Positions 8,657 through 17,163 of a DNA stretch of 25,280 bases are shown piece after piece. The notes under the pieces were generated by a model that was not told the DNA's origin, made no database searches, and was given only the letters and a program-made list of their open reading frames with translations. Origin of the DNA: a virus (lineage: Duplodnaviria > Caudoviricetes); the IMG/VR virus record IMGVR_UViG_3300032073_000227, positions 1 through 25,280 of that record; one strand, given 5' to 3'. Each line of letters begins with the position of its first letter. The first letter of the stretch is position 1. The position numbers and the translations under genes were made by a program.

Positions 8657-9699
8657 TAATCTGTTACGATGTTACCAAAAGTTGTTTTTAACCAATCGTT
8701 TATATTACCCATGTTATTAACAACTTTATATTTTAATAAAACTTTCATAAAATCCATTTTGTTTAATGGTTTTATTTCTTCATTGAATCTATCTAAGATT
8801 TTCATCTTAATTTGTCCACTAATATCAACTTCTTTAAGTTGCATTAGTTTTTCGTTCATAATGATTTGTTCTCTTGATTCAAGAATATCATCATATAATT
8901 TGATTTTACCCTTCTTTTCTTCTGCCAATCGTAGTAGTTCATCTACTGTAATAATTCGTTCATCAGTCAACTCTGGAAACCTTTTTAGAAGTGTTTTAAT
9001 ACCACATCCTCTAACTCCAGGTATGTTATCTGAAGAATCACCATCTAAAACTCTATAAATTAACATATTGTTGGGGTGTAAACCAAATTCTTCTTGTACT
9101 ACTTTTTGATTATAAATCTTCTTTTTAGTAGGAGACCATATAATAGTTTTTTCATCTACTAATTGTAAGAAATCTTTATCAGTAGACATCAAAACTGCCT
9201 GTTCATCTTCTTTTAGAATCTGTTCTGAGATATAAGCCATAACATCATCTGCTTCAACACCATCATACATCATAAATGATACTGGTAAGTAATCGAGAAT
9301 ATCTGCTAACCAAACGTATTGTCTTTTCATAGATTCTCTCTCTTCCTCATCATTCATCATATCATTGTATGCACGATTAATTCTGAGTTTACTCTTTGAA
9401 CGATTTGCCTTATAACCTTCAAATAACTTCTTTCTACGATGTGAACCTCCTTGCCCATCAAATGTAACAACAACTCGTGATGGTTGAGTTTGTCTGATTG
9501 CATATCCGATTGAACGTAATACACCAGTTACTCCACCAACGTGGTCACCATTATCATTTAATGTAGGAATGGAAGTCCAACATCGTATAAAGGTATTTAA
9601 TCCATCGATAATCAGTACACGAGAATTTTTGTGTCTATCCTTGTTTTTTTCTCTATCGATTTCTACTGATTCTAAGATGTTTTTATATAGTTCTCTCAT
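8656..9699 (-). CDS. 5'-3' exonuclease / flap endonuclease (PolA N-domain, T4 RNase H-like)
   Basis: LIIDGLN, FDG, YKANR, EADDV, STDKDFLQL, GDSSDNIPGVRGCGIKT. Confidence 0.95.
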   Translation of the reverse strand: MRELYKNILESVEIDREKNKDRHKNSRVLIIDGLNTFIRCWTSIPTLNDNGDHVGGVTGVLRSIGYAIRQTQPSRVVVTFDGQGGSHRRKKLFEGYKANRSKSKLRINRAYNDMMNDEEERESMKRQYVWLADILDYLPVSFMMYDGVEADDVMAYISEQILKEDEQAVLMSTDKDFLQLVDEKTIIWSPTKKKIYNQKVVQEEFGLHPNNMLIYRVLDGDSSDNIPGVRGCGIKTLLKRFPELTDERIITVDELLRLAEEKKGKIKLYDDILESREQIIMNEKLMQLKEVDISGQIKMKILDRFNEEIKPLNKMDFMKVLLKYKVVNNMGNINDWLKTTFGNIVTD

Positions 9700-9920
9700 A
9701 CAACTTGTTTAGTTGGTTTGAAGTATTTTTCTAGTGTAGACAATCTATCATCGGAATCTACTAACATAACGAGTGCTTCCTCGGCGTTTTTGTAGAAATC
9801 CTCAGTAGAATGGTCACCAATACCAACCGCTTTGTTACCAAGAAGATTTAGAGATAGTAGTGCTTTTGATTTATCAGCCTCAGCACTACTTTTTAACATT
9901 TGATATAATTTACTATCCAT
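9696..9920 (-). CDS. Hypothetical phage protein
   Basis: 74-aa ORF packed between recA and the exonuclease, with an ATGA overlap. Confidence 0.7.
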   Translation of the reverse strand: MDSKLYQMLKSSAEADKSKALLSLNLLGNKAVGIGDHSTEDFYKNAEEALVMLVDSDDRLSTLEKYFKPTKQVV

Positions 9921-9926
9921 AACCTT

Positions 9927-11051
9927 TTAATTGTTTTCACCAGGTCCTTCGGTATCTACTGAATGATTGTCAATATCTAATGTATCTGATTTGTATTGTA
10001 GGATTGTTGCCTCACAAATTCTTTTATAAATCTGTTCTCTCAATTCTTCCTTTTCACCCATCATAGGAATAAAATCCTTTGATTGGAATTTAAATACTTC
10101 ACCAGTATCAGTATCAACATACTCATACCAAGCACCTGCTTGTTTTACTAATTTATTTTCTTTCATTACTCCCAACCATGAACCATAGTTGTCAATTCCT
10201 CTTTCGAAGAATATATCGAAATCAGCCGCTCTCAATGGTGGCCCCATTCGATTCTTTACAATCTGTGCCCTTACTTTGATACCAATTGTTCTATCTTTAC
10301 CATTTACTTTGGTTTTAATCTGACCCATATTCTTGAGTCTGATTCTAACAGAACTATGGAAAGCTAGAGCCTTACCACCACTTGTTGTCCATGGGTCACC
10401 AAACATTACACCCATTTTTTGTCTGAGTTGGTTAGTAAACACAAGAGAAATCTTTTGTCTACCAATCATGTTTGTAATTTTTCTCATGGCCTTAGAGATA
10501 ATAATTGCCTTATCAGTTGCATATCCATCTTTCTTGTAATCAGATGCCAACTCATTTGTAGTTGATGCGGCTGCAACCGAATCTACTACAATAGTAACAA
10601 TTTTATCCTTTGAGGCAGTTCGTACTTTTTCAATAATCGTTTCACAATAGTCAAAAATCTGTTCAACTGAATCAGCAGAAACATAAAGTAGTTTAGAAAC
10701 ATTAACACCAATAGCTTCTAAAAACTCTCTACTTACTGCAGTTTCAGTATCAATAAGAACTGCAACACCACCTTTCTTTTGTGTTTCAGCAAGGAGGTGT
10801 GCAGCTAGTAATGATTTTCCACTTTGTTCTAAACCTGTTATTTCGGTAATTCTACCAATAGGTAAACCCCCATAGGGACGATTTGAAACGGCAACATCCA
10901 ACATAGCAGTTCCAGTTGAAATCCAACCCTCTACGTTTGTAGGGGCTTCATCAGAATCCAAGAAGAATGCTACTTTCTGGTCTTTTGATTGTTTGTTTAG
11001 CTCACCCGCTAGGATATCGGCTAATTCCAATTCTTTTTTCTTTTTTGCCAT
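9927..11051 (-). CDS. recA: RecA/UvsX-like recombinase
   Basis: ISTG...LD, GRITEITGLEQSGKS, IDTE, VVDSVAA, FTNQLR, TTSGGKALAFHSSVRI, KNR, QAGAWY. Confidence 0.95.
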   Translation of the reverse strand: MAKKKKELELADILAGELNKQSKDQKVAFFLDSDEAPTNVEGWISTGTAMLDVAVSNRPYGGLPIGRITEITGLEQSGKSLLAAHLLAETQKKGGVAVLIDTETAVSREFLEAIGVNVSKLLYVSADSVEQIFDYCETIIEKVRTASKDKIVTIVVDSVAAASTTNELASDYKKDGYATDKAIIISKAMRKITNMIGRQKISLVFTNQLRQKMGVMFGDPWTTSGGKALAFHSSVRIRLKNMGQIKTKVNGKDRTIGIKVRAQIVKNRMGPPLRAADFDIFFERGIDNYGSWLGVMKENKLVKQAGAWYEYVDTDTGEVFKFQSKDFIPMMGEKEELREQIYKRICEATILQYKSDTLDIDNHSVDTEGPGENN

Positions 11052-11062
11052 TTAGTGGATTT

Positions 11063-11878
11063 TTAGTTGTTAAACAAGTCATCGAATGCAGAAGCAACAT
11101 CATCAGTTTTCTTTGATGGAGTTGGTTTTGATTCATCAACATCGAATGGTAAATCATTCTTTACCTCTTTTTTAGTTTCAGATAATGTTGTACTTTCAGA
11201 AGCTGGTTCATTAGTAGATTCAGCAGTTGGGTTCAACCACCCTTCAAGTACATCTTTCAATTCATCGTAAGATAACTCTGAATATAAATCAGTAATTTCA
11301 GTTTGGTTTTCTAAAAGTGAAGCAACTGTATCTGAATTATCAGATAGAGGTGTTTGACTTGGTTTAACTCTAATAGTGGTAGTTGGATAAGTTGTTCCAG
11401 CCTCTTCAGCTGTTTTGTATTCGATTGTTAAATCTCTACCACTCGTTGGGTCTGTGATGTCTCCATAATCAGGATCTGCAATGTATCCAAGAATTTCTTG
11501 ATATACAGTTTTACCGAATCCCCAAAATCTTACACCTTCACCCTCTTCACCTCTAACAATAACAGGTACAAAAGTTCTTAGTTTAGGCTCCATTTGTTTT
11601 GCAGCCTTCCAATCTTCTTTATCACCCATTCTCTTTAGTTTATCCGCAAACTCTACAATAGGGTCTGGTCTACCAAATGATTGTGGAGATAAGTAAGTTT
11701 TGTTGTTAATGTTGTAGTGAAAATAAAGTTCTATGAAAGGATTATCTTTGTTGAACTTGTAGGGAGCAATTCTAACTTGTGTTTTACCAGGTGTTGGTTT
11801 CCAAAGTGAATCACTCTTTTTTTGGGTATTCTGAAGTTTGTTCAATCTACCCTTAATTGCGTTAATGTCAATTCCCAT
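11063..11878 (-). CDS. Single-stranded DNA-binding protein, T4 gp32-like
   Basis: WKP, PF...YFHY, FWGFGKTVY, DITDPTSGRDL, acidic tail ending AFDDLFNN; adjacent to recA. Confidence 0.85.
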   Translation of the reverse strand: MGIDINAIKGRLNKLQNTQKKSDSLWKPTPGKTQVRIAPYKFNKDNPFIELYFHYNINNKTYLSPQSFGRPDPIVEFADKLKRMGDKEDWKAAKQMEPKLRTFVPVIVRGEEGEGVRFWGFGKTVYQEILGYIADPDYGDITDPTSGRDLTIEYKTAEEAGTTYPTTTIRVKPSQTPLSDNSDTVASLLENQTEITDLYSELSYDELKDVLEGWLNPTAESTNEPASESTTLSETKKEVKNDLPFDVDESKPTPSKKTDDVASAFDDLFNN

Positions 11879-11915
11879 AATAATAATTAATTTTAAATTT
11901 AAATGTTTAAGTTTT

Positions 11916-11945
11916 ACAGTTTATTTTAAGTGTACTGTCACACTT
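11916..11945 (-). promoter_or_regulatory. Predicted H-type RNA pseudoknot in the SSB leader (translational operator)
   Basis: mRNA AAGUGU-G-ACAGU-ACACUU-AAAAUAA-ACUGU: S1 6 bp, L1 1 nt, S2 5 bp, L2 7 nt, then a 37-nt A/U-rich stretch to the AUG. Confidence 0.7.
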
Positions 11946-11986
11946 GGTGTATATATAAATATGGCCATTTTACGAAAACGTAAGGT

Positions 11987-12334
11987 CTATTTGGCCCATT
12001 TTTTTCTTTGTACAATTTGTGATATTACACCATATACAGACAAATCTTCGTAGGTATCTTGGATGTTCTCCCCTACCTCATCTGGTTGTCCTTTTACCAC
12101 TAATTGTAATAATCTTTGAATTTTATCATTCTTCCTAAACCAAAGACCTGTAAGTGCCACTTTGATATCATCTTCAGTTTCTAAAGATGTACCAACTGAG
12201 ATATTACCAGGTCCATAATTCCTCTGTTTTTTACAGAAGGTTTCATACATTTCATCGAGAATGTTTCTGAATTCTTGTGTTGTTTGTGGGTACGTTTCTT
12301 CGCAGTACTCCACTGCAGTCTGTTCTTTGTTCAT
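11987..12334 (-). CDS. DUF1599 / nucleotide-modification-associated domain 1 (Nmad1)-like protein
   Basis: F.KKQRNYG..NI, R.NDKIQRL..L, ENIQDTYEDL.VYG pattern. Confidence 0.75.
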   Translation of the reverse strand: MNKEQTAVEYCEETYPQTTQEFRNILDEMYETFCKKQRNYGPGNISVGTSLETEDDIKVALTGLWFRKNDKIQRLLQLVVKGQPDEVGENIQDTYEDLSVYGVISQIVQRKKWAK

Positions 12335-12353
12335 ATAACTAATTTAATCTGAA

Positions 12354-12385
12354 GCTAATATAGTAAATATTTTGGAAAGCTCCAA
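12354..12385 (-). promoter_or_regulatory. Promoter TTGGA-N18-TATATTAGC (copy 2)
   Basis: Exact motif and spacer, about 20 nt upstream of the DUF1599 start. Confidence 0.8.
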
Positions 12386-12393
12386 ATGTTTTA

Positions 12394-12798
12394 CTAATTA
12401 TTTTTGCTAAAATCTATAATTTCGAATACTCTTGTAGATATTTTCTTCGTTCCTTCAACATTAGTAACGATAATTGAGTTTTTAAACTTGTTCCAATCTA
12501 TGGAAAATGTTTTGTCTAGTACTCCATTATTTTCTTCTTTTACTAATTCGTTCAAGGCGTTAATTGTATATAGGGTGTTACTCTGTTTTTTTCTGTGAAC
12601 TAAAATTGTATTCTCCAAAGGTTTATCAGGTTGATATTGTGTATCGATATTATACGTTACAAATAACTCATTCAAATTCCCTTTATTCTGCAGAACATAG
12701 ATATAGTTATACACGATTCTATATTTAGTTCGTATTTCTTGAAGTGATGTTTGAAGCTCTTCCTTTGTAGTAAAGGTACATAATAACTGTGTTTTCAT
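12394..12798 (-). CDS. Hypothetical phage protein
   Basis: 134-aa ORF, co-oriented; no family recognised. Confidence 0.75.
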   Translation of the reverse strand: MKTQLLCTFTTKEELQTSLQEIRTKYRIVYNYIYVLQNKGNLNELFVTYNIDTQYQPDKPLENTILVHRKKQSNTLYTINALNELVKEENNGVLDKTFSIDWNKFKNSIIVTNVEGTKKISTRVFEIIDFSKNN

Positions 12799-12860
12799 AA
12801 AGATTTTCTATCCTATATAATTAGTCTACCTATAAGTATAGAATTATTTTCGGAAAATCT

Positions 12861-12888
12861 AAAAAATGGTAGTACATTATTCTACCAT
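12861..12888 (-). terminator. Putative intrinsic terminator after the HNH-protein gene
   Basis: ATGGTAG-9 nt-CTACCAT hairpin followed by a T run on the minus strand, 10 nt after the stop at 12899. Confidence 0.5.
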
Positions 12889-12898
12889 GTTATGTACG

Positions 12899-14449
12899 TT
12901 ATTCTTGTCTTTTAATTTGATTTAAAACTTCTTCAAGTGAGGTATCTAAACCTTTCACTTCATCTGCAGATAATACTTGTTCTTTTCTATTAAGTTGTTC
13001 TAAAAAGTTTTTCTTTAAATCACCACGAGATAGTGCAACACCTCTTCCACCACCTCTTGAACCACCAACTTGAGCTTTATATGTATTCACATAAAATTCA
13101 GATGTTTTTGGATATTGTTCATTCCATCCTCTAATAATGTTTTTCATTTGTGGTACTGTCATTCCATCTAAATCCGCTTCTGTTAATCCACCATTACCAC
13201 CTTTGGAAAATCTTTCTGACCAGTGTTTTTTATATGCTGCTTTTGTTAGTTTAGTTATTTGTTGTTTAAGTTTCTTTTGTTGAACTTCTTCTGGACTCTT
13301 TGATAATTCCTTATTCACTCTTTGAATTAACTCCTCATCACTCAAGGCACTTTTCATCATGTTTAGATTAGTTTCCATCCAAATCCAATTTTCTGGTTCA
13401 TCTTTACCACCATTATCCAATGATAATCTATGGTCAACATTACTACCACCAATTGATACCTTTCTACCAGTCACTGCACTTATACCACCACAAGCAAGAT
13501 ATGATTTCAATATCTTATCTCTTCTTCCCCAACCAGGGCCAGGATTTTCTTTAGTACCTACTCTTACTGAATCTGGGTCTGCCGCTCCTTTGTTCTGTAA
13601 CATTCCTCTTACTTGTCCAAAAGTAATACCCTGCATTGATTTTGTTTTATCTTCTAATATTTGATATGCCAAACTCAAATCCTCATCGGCTACTTCATAC
13701 TGAGGAACTTCTGGTCCTTTACCTTCTGCAAAAGATTTTAAAGCTTCTAAATCTTCCTTCTCAACACCATAGGCTCCAGCACCTCTTTCTTGTTGAATTT
13801 GTGCCAACATAGCATCTAGTGTTTTAGAAATAAATTCTTTCTTTATTCTTTCTTTCTTCGCAACCTTCTCAATCATGGTATCATTCATACCACCAGTATC
13901 GATACCTAAATCTTGAAGTGTTTGTTTATCTTTTGCTTGTTTTTGTTTTTCAATATCACTTGCGTTGGTTTGAGTAGATGCGGGGTCATCAGCTGGTAAT
14001 TGATTCTTGTAATTAGCTCCAGCCTTTCCTTTAAGAGCACCACCTTGAGGTTTTTCTTCGGCACCACCTTCACCCTCACCACCTTGTGGTTGATTTTGTG
14101 AAGAAGATGAAGCAGATTTTTCACCAGCATCACCTTGTTTAGATTTTATATCTTGATATTGTTTATCTGATAATGGTTTGAATGCACCACTATCATCTTT
14201 TCTATATTTTTTAGCATCTTCTCTATCCTCATCACCTTTCTTTACATAAACTCCTGCTCCTAAATGTGAGTAATCAGAATCATCAGCTTCATATAAAACC
14301 TCCATTATAGCTTCTTTGAATAGAGGGTCATCCATTTCATTTAAGATATCTGATATTTCGTATCTTTGATTTTTATCGAAAATATTGACAATACCAACTC
14401 TTGAGGATAACTCTAAAAGTAATTCATCTATTTTTTTACTATAATTCAT
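12899..14449 (-). CDS. Large protein with HNH nuclease-like domain and low-complexity linker
   Basis: SAVTG...NVDHRLSLDNGGKDEPENWIWMETNLNMMKS HNH motif (Zn-binding Cys pairs lost); G/E/Q/S-rich linker in the N-terminal third. Confidence 0.7.
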   Translation of the reverse strand: MNYSKKIDELLLELSSRVGIVNIFDKNQRYEISDILNEMDDPLFKEAIMEVLYEADDSDYSHLGAGVYVKKGDEDREDAKKYRKDDSGAFKPLSDKQYQDIKSKQGDAGEKSASSSSQNQPQGGEGEGGAEEKPQGGALKGKAGANYKNQLPADDPASTQTNASDIEKQKQAKDKQTLQDLGIDTGGMNDTMIEKVAKKERIKKEFISKTLDAMLAQIQQERGAGAYGVEKEDLEALKSFAEGKGPEVPQYEVADEDLSLAYQILEDKTKSMQGITFGQVRGMLQNKGAADPDSVRVGTKENPGPGWGRRDKILKSYLACGGISAVTGRKVSIGGSNVDHRLSLDNGGKDEPENWIWMETNLNMMKSALSDEELIQRVNKELSKSPEEVQQKKLKQQITKLTKAAYKKHWSERFSKGGNGGLTEADLDGMTVPQMKNIIRGWNEQYPKTSEFYVNTYKAQVGGSRGGGRGVALSRGDLKKNFLEQLNRKEQVLSADEVKGLDTSLEEVLNQIKRQE

Positions 14450-14461
14450 CTTATATAAGTA

Positions 14462-15103
14462 TTATATGATTGTTTTAGCACGTGATGTTTTGTTGCTTTC
14501 ACATGGTACTTCATACTCTTCCCACCCTTGAGTTGGTTTTTCGTTTGGAAATACAAACTTTCTACAAGTTCCATCATCATCAAAGTAAATTGTTTTACTC
14601 ATATGACTTGGAATATGACCACCTGTCGGTAGAATTTGGTATCCATCTTCCCATATTAGTTCAACTGTAATTGTGAGATTTTGTTCATCATCCCAAACTC
14701 TTTCTTCTTGTTCTAACAATCTCCACTCACCTCTATTTAGGTTTTGTTCTTGTAGTGCACAATTTAAATAAGAAAATGTTGTGTAAAGATTATTATAAGA
14801 ATCCGAGTATGTTGCAGCAGGTGCAAGATGTCCTTTATCCCATATGTTAGCGTAATAATCATGTTTATCTGAGGTGTGTACTCCATTCTCTTTGTGGAAA
14901 TCCATACTACCTCTATCTACATTCTTTGGTCTATCTGTTGATGTGTATATCAATTTCACTGGTTGTTCCAATACTTCACTATACCACACCTTAAATACTG
15001 CGTTCTCAATTATGACTTCGTTTCTTAGTTCTTGAGATACGATTTCTTCCGCGGTACAACCTACTAAGAAGGCTGTAAGGAAGAATAACTTTAATAATTT
15101 CAT
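14462..15103 (-). CDS. DNA/RNA non-specific endonuclease (NucA/EndoG family), predicted lipoprotein
   Basis: WDKGHLAPAA, N.ALQ..NLNRGEWRLLE; signal peptide MKLLKLFFLTAFLVG-C from ATG 15103 (upstream in-frame starts up to 15130 exist). Confidence 0.88.
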   Translation of the reverse strand: MKLLKLFFLTAFLVGCTAEEIVSQELRNEVIIENAVFKVWYSEVLEQPVKLIYTSTDRPKNVDRGSMDFHKENGVHTSDKHDYYANIWDKGHLAPAATYSDSYNNLYTTFSYLNCALQEQNLNRGEWRLLEQEERVWDDEQNLTITVELIWEDGYQILPTGGHIPSHMSKTIYFDDDGTCRKFVFPNEKPTQGWEEYEVPCESNKTSRAKTII

Positions 15104-15147
15104 AATATTATCTAATGTTTTGTTCATCAATATATAAATATAGAACT

Positions 15148-16395
15148 TTAAACTTCTGAGTAATTATTACCCACATCCATTCGGACTGGAAATCCATAAG
15201 ATTCGAGAACGGCCTTAATCCCCTCCACTTGATTCTTATCACTCAGCTCAAACAAAAATGAATCGTATGTGTACAGAATCGGTATAGTGTCGTTCTCAAC
15301 TAATTTTTTTAATACTTCTATATTGAATTCGGTTTCGGTTGCTTGTAAGATGTAGTTGAAGAACTTCTGTGCGTTGGGTTGTTCAATCCACTCCAAAGGT
15401 ATTTTTCTACCTTTAGGTGTCGTTACAAACCCATTTCTCACTGCTTCTTCATTCATCTTGTGAATAAACTTATCAACCTTGTCGAAGAAAGGAATCTTTC
15501 TATCTTCATCCGATACTCCCCCATACAAGATTCTAAATGTTCTTCCTTTACTCTCATCATACGAACAACCATATTGGTCTGCTAACCATTGGTGAACCGA
15601 TGTATCGGGTAAATCATATCCAATCAACTTGCTAATAATCCTAACATGATATGCATCGTAATCAAATTGTACAAACTTGTTACCTTCTTTGGGAACGAAT
15701 ATCTCCCTACTACCATCTCGTTTATTTAATGCACCATAATTGATACCTAAATGTCTATTGGATGGTCTACTTGTTATTGTATATGGATTGTATTCGGTGA
15801 ATGTTCTATTTCCTTTAAGTGATTTGTGATTACTTGGCCATCTATCAAAAAATTTTCCCCTATCGACCTCTAAACCGAAACGTTCAATCTGAGATAAGGT
15901 CGGAATCATCGTATCATCTACCCAAGAATTAGTAGAGTTTAGTTCCCATTCATCAACAATATCTCGTAGCACTTCACCCCATCTCATTATAGAGATACTT
16001 TTACCCAAACTATCTTTTATATTCAAACGAGTATAAAAGTTCGTTAGAGTCTCTAATTTATATGTTATTGGATATATTGTGTTTTGTTCAAAGAATAATG
16101 AGGTTTGTACATCTTTTAGATTTTTTATTCCTAAATCACATTGTAGTAAACCTTTTTTGTTCCAACACCATTTATTTTGATTCGAGGTTGTCAAATCTAT
16201 TTCTAATCTTTCACAATCATTATGATTAAATGGAAGTATAAAATCATCCGATTCAAATCTAACATATATAAATGATAACTCATTGTTCATTGGATGACAC
16301 TCTAAATCACCCCATATAGGGATGAGTTTACACTCTTGAGTATTCCAATATTCAAGAAATTGTGCTATCTCTTTATTAGATTCAACTATAACCAT
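15148..16395 (-). CDS. Compact, divergent family A DNA polymerase
   Basis: TSRPSN..INYGAL, motif A FDYDAYHVR, motif B SKGRTFRILYG, NYILQATE, motif C YTYDSFLFE. Confidence 0.85.
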   Translation of the reverse strand: MVIVESNKEIAQFLEYWNTQECKLIPIWGDLECHPMNNELSFIYVRFESDDFILPFNHNDCERLEIDLTTSNQNKWCWNKKGLLQCDLGIKNLKDVQTSLFFEQNTIYPITYKLETLTNFYTRLNIKDSLGKSISIMRWGEVLRDIVDEWELNSTNSWVDDTMIPTLSQIERFGLEVDRGKFFDRWPSNHKSLKGNRTFTEYNPYTITSRPSNRHLGINYGALNKRDGSREIFVPKEGNKFVQFDYDAYHVRIISKLIGYDLPDTSVHQWLADQYGCSYDESKGRTFRILYGGVSDEDRKIPFFDKVDKFIHKMNEEAVRNGFVTTPKGRKIPLEWIEQPNAQKFFNYILQATETEFNIEVLKKLVENDTIPILYTYDSFLFELSDKNQVEGIKAVLESYGFPVRMDVGNNYSEV

Positions 16396-16399
16396 ATTT

Positions 16400-16431
16400 G
16401 CTAATATACGAAATTATTTTGAATTATCCAA
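16400..16431 (-). promoter_or_regulatory. Promoter TTGGA-N18-TATATTAGC (copy 3), immediately before the polymerase ATG
   Basis: Exact motif; only AAAT separates it from the ATG at 16395. Confidence 0.8.
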
Positions 16432-16593
16432 ATTATTTTCACAATTTTTTTTGTGTGAAAACCAACCTCCACATTTACATTTTATATAATGTACAGTTGT
16501 TGCTATGATTGGTAAGGATGCCATAGTATTCCAAATGTTTGGATGAAAGTGTTCACCACAGATTCCAAATATGTGTCTAAAAAATTCTATCAT
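16414..16593 (-). CDS. Small Cys/His-containing hypothetical protein (59 aa)
   Basis: MIEFFRHIFGICGEHFHPNIW...; ATG 16593 preferred because it minimises overlap with the upstream gene. Confidence 0.55.
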   Translation of the reverse strand: MIEFFRHIFGICGEHFHPNIWNTMASLPIIATTVHYIKCKCGGWFSHKKNCENNLDNSK

Positions 16594-16831
16594 CTGTAAT
16601 GTTATAATTGTATAAAGTTCCACAATCATCATCTTCATCAACAATGTTTTCAGTAACCTTACAATAATGTGGTAGTATTTCTTGTAATCCTTCGAAATCT
16701 ACTTTTTGCCAATATCCAAATCTGAGTGTTATTCCTTTACCTTTAGTAAAGTAAGAGTCATATCCGATTTCAAAATCAGATGAACCATACCACTTTTTAA
16801 TTTCTTTAAATTTTTTATATCCTATTCTCAT
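16577..16831 (-). CDS. Hypothetical protein
   Basis: 84-aa ORF, tightly packed and co-oriented. Confidence 0.65.
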   Translation of the reverse strand: MRIGYKKFKEIKKWYGSSDFEIGYDSYFTKGKGITLRFGYWQKVDFEGLQEILPHYCKVTENIVDEDDDCGTLYNYNITDDRIF

Positions 16832-16832
16832 A

Positions 16833-17153
16833 TTAATAACCTATAAAGTTATAAGGAACTGATTCAACCAATCCTTGTTTAACTGCGTATGGATATTCTT
16901 CGTTTAACCAATAGTTTTGAACATTTACAACTTCACAGAAAACATCTTTGTAAAGTTCATCAATACTATATCCATCACCATATTTGATACCACCACAAAG
17001 AACCATTAGTTCATTTAGTTTATCGAAATTATTTTTATATTTTCTAATTGATTTTTGAATCTCACGAATCATCATAGTAGCTACCTTATCATTGTAATCA
17101 TACATTTCTTGAGACCAAGGTTTTGTTACTTGTGGTTTTATTAGTACTTTCAT
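16833..17153 (-). CDS. Hypothetical protein
   Basis: 106-aa ORF, tightly packed and co-oriented. Confidence 0.7.
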   Translation of the reverse strand: MKVLIKPQVTKPWSQEMYDYNDKVATMMIREIQKSIRKYKNNFDKLNELMVLCGGIKYGDGYSIDELYKDVFCEVVNVQNYWLNEEYPYAVKQGLVESVPYNFIGY

Positions 17154-17163
17154 ATTTTATATT

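Noticed and set aside
11970-11983. TTACG-AAAA-CGTAA hairpin after the DUF1599 stop
   Set aside because: Only a 5-bp stem and no U-tract on the coding strand; too weak to call a terminator.
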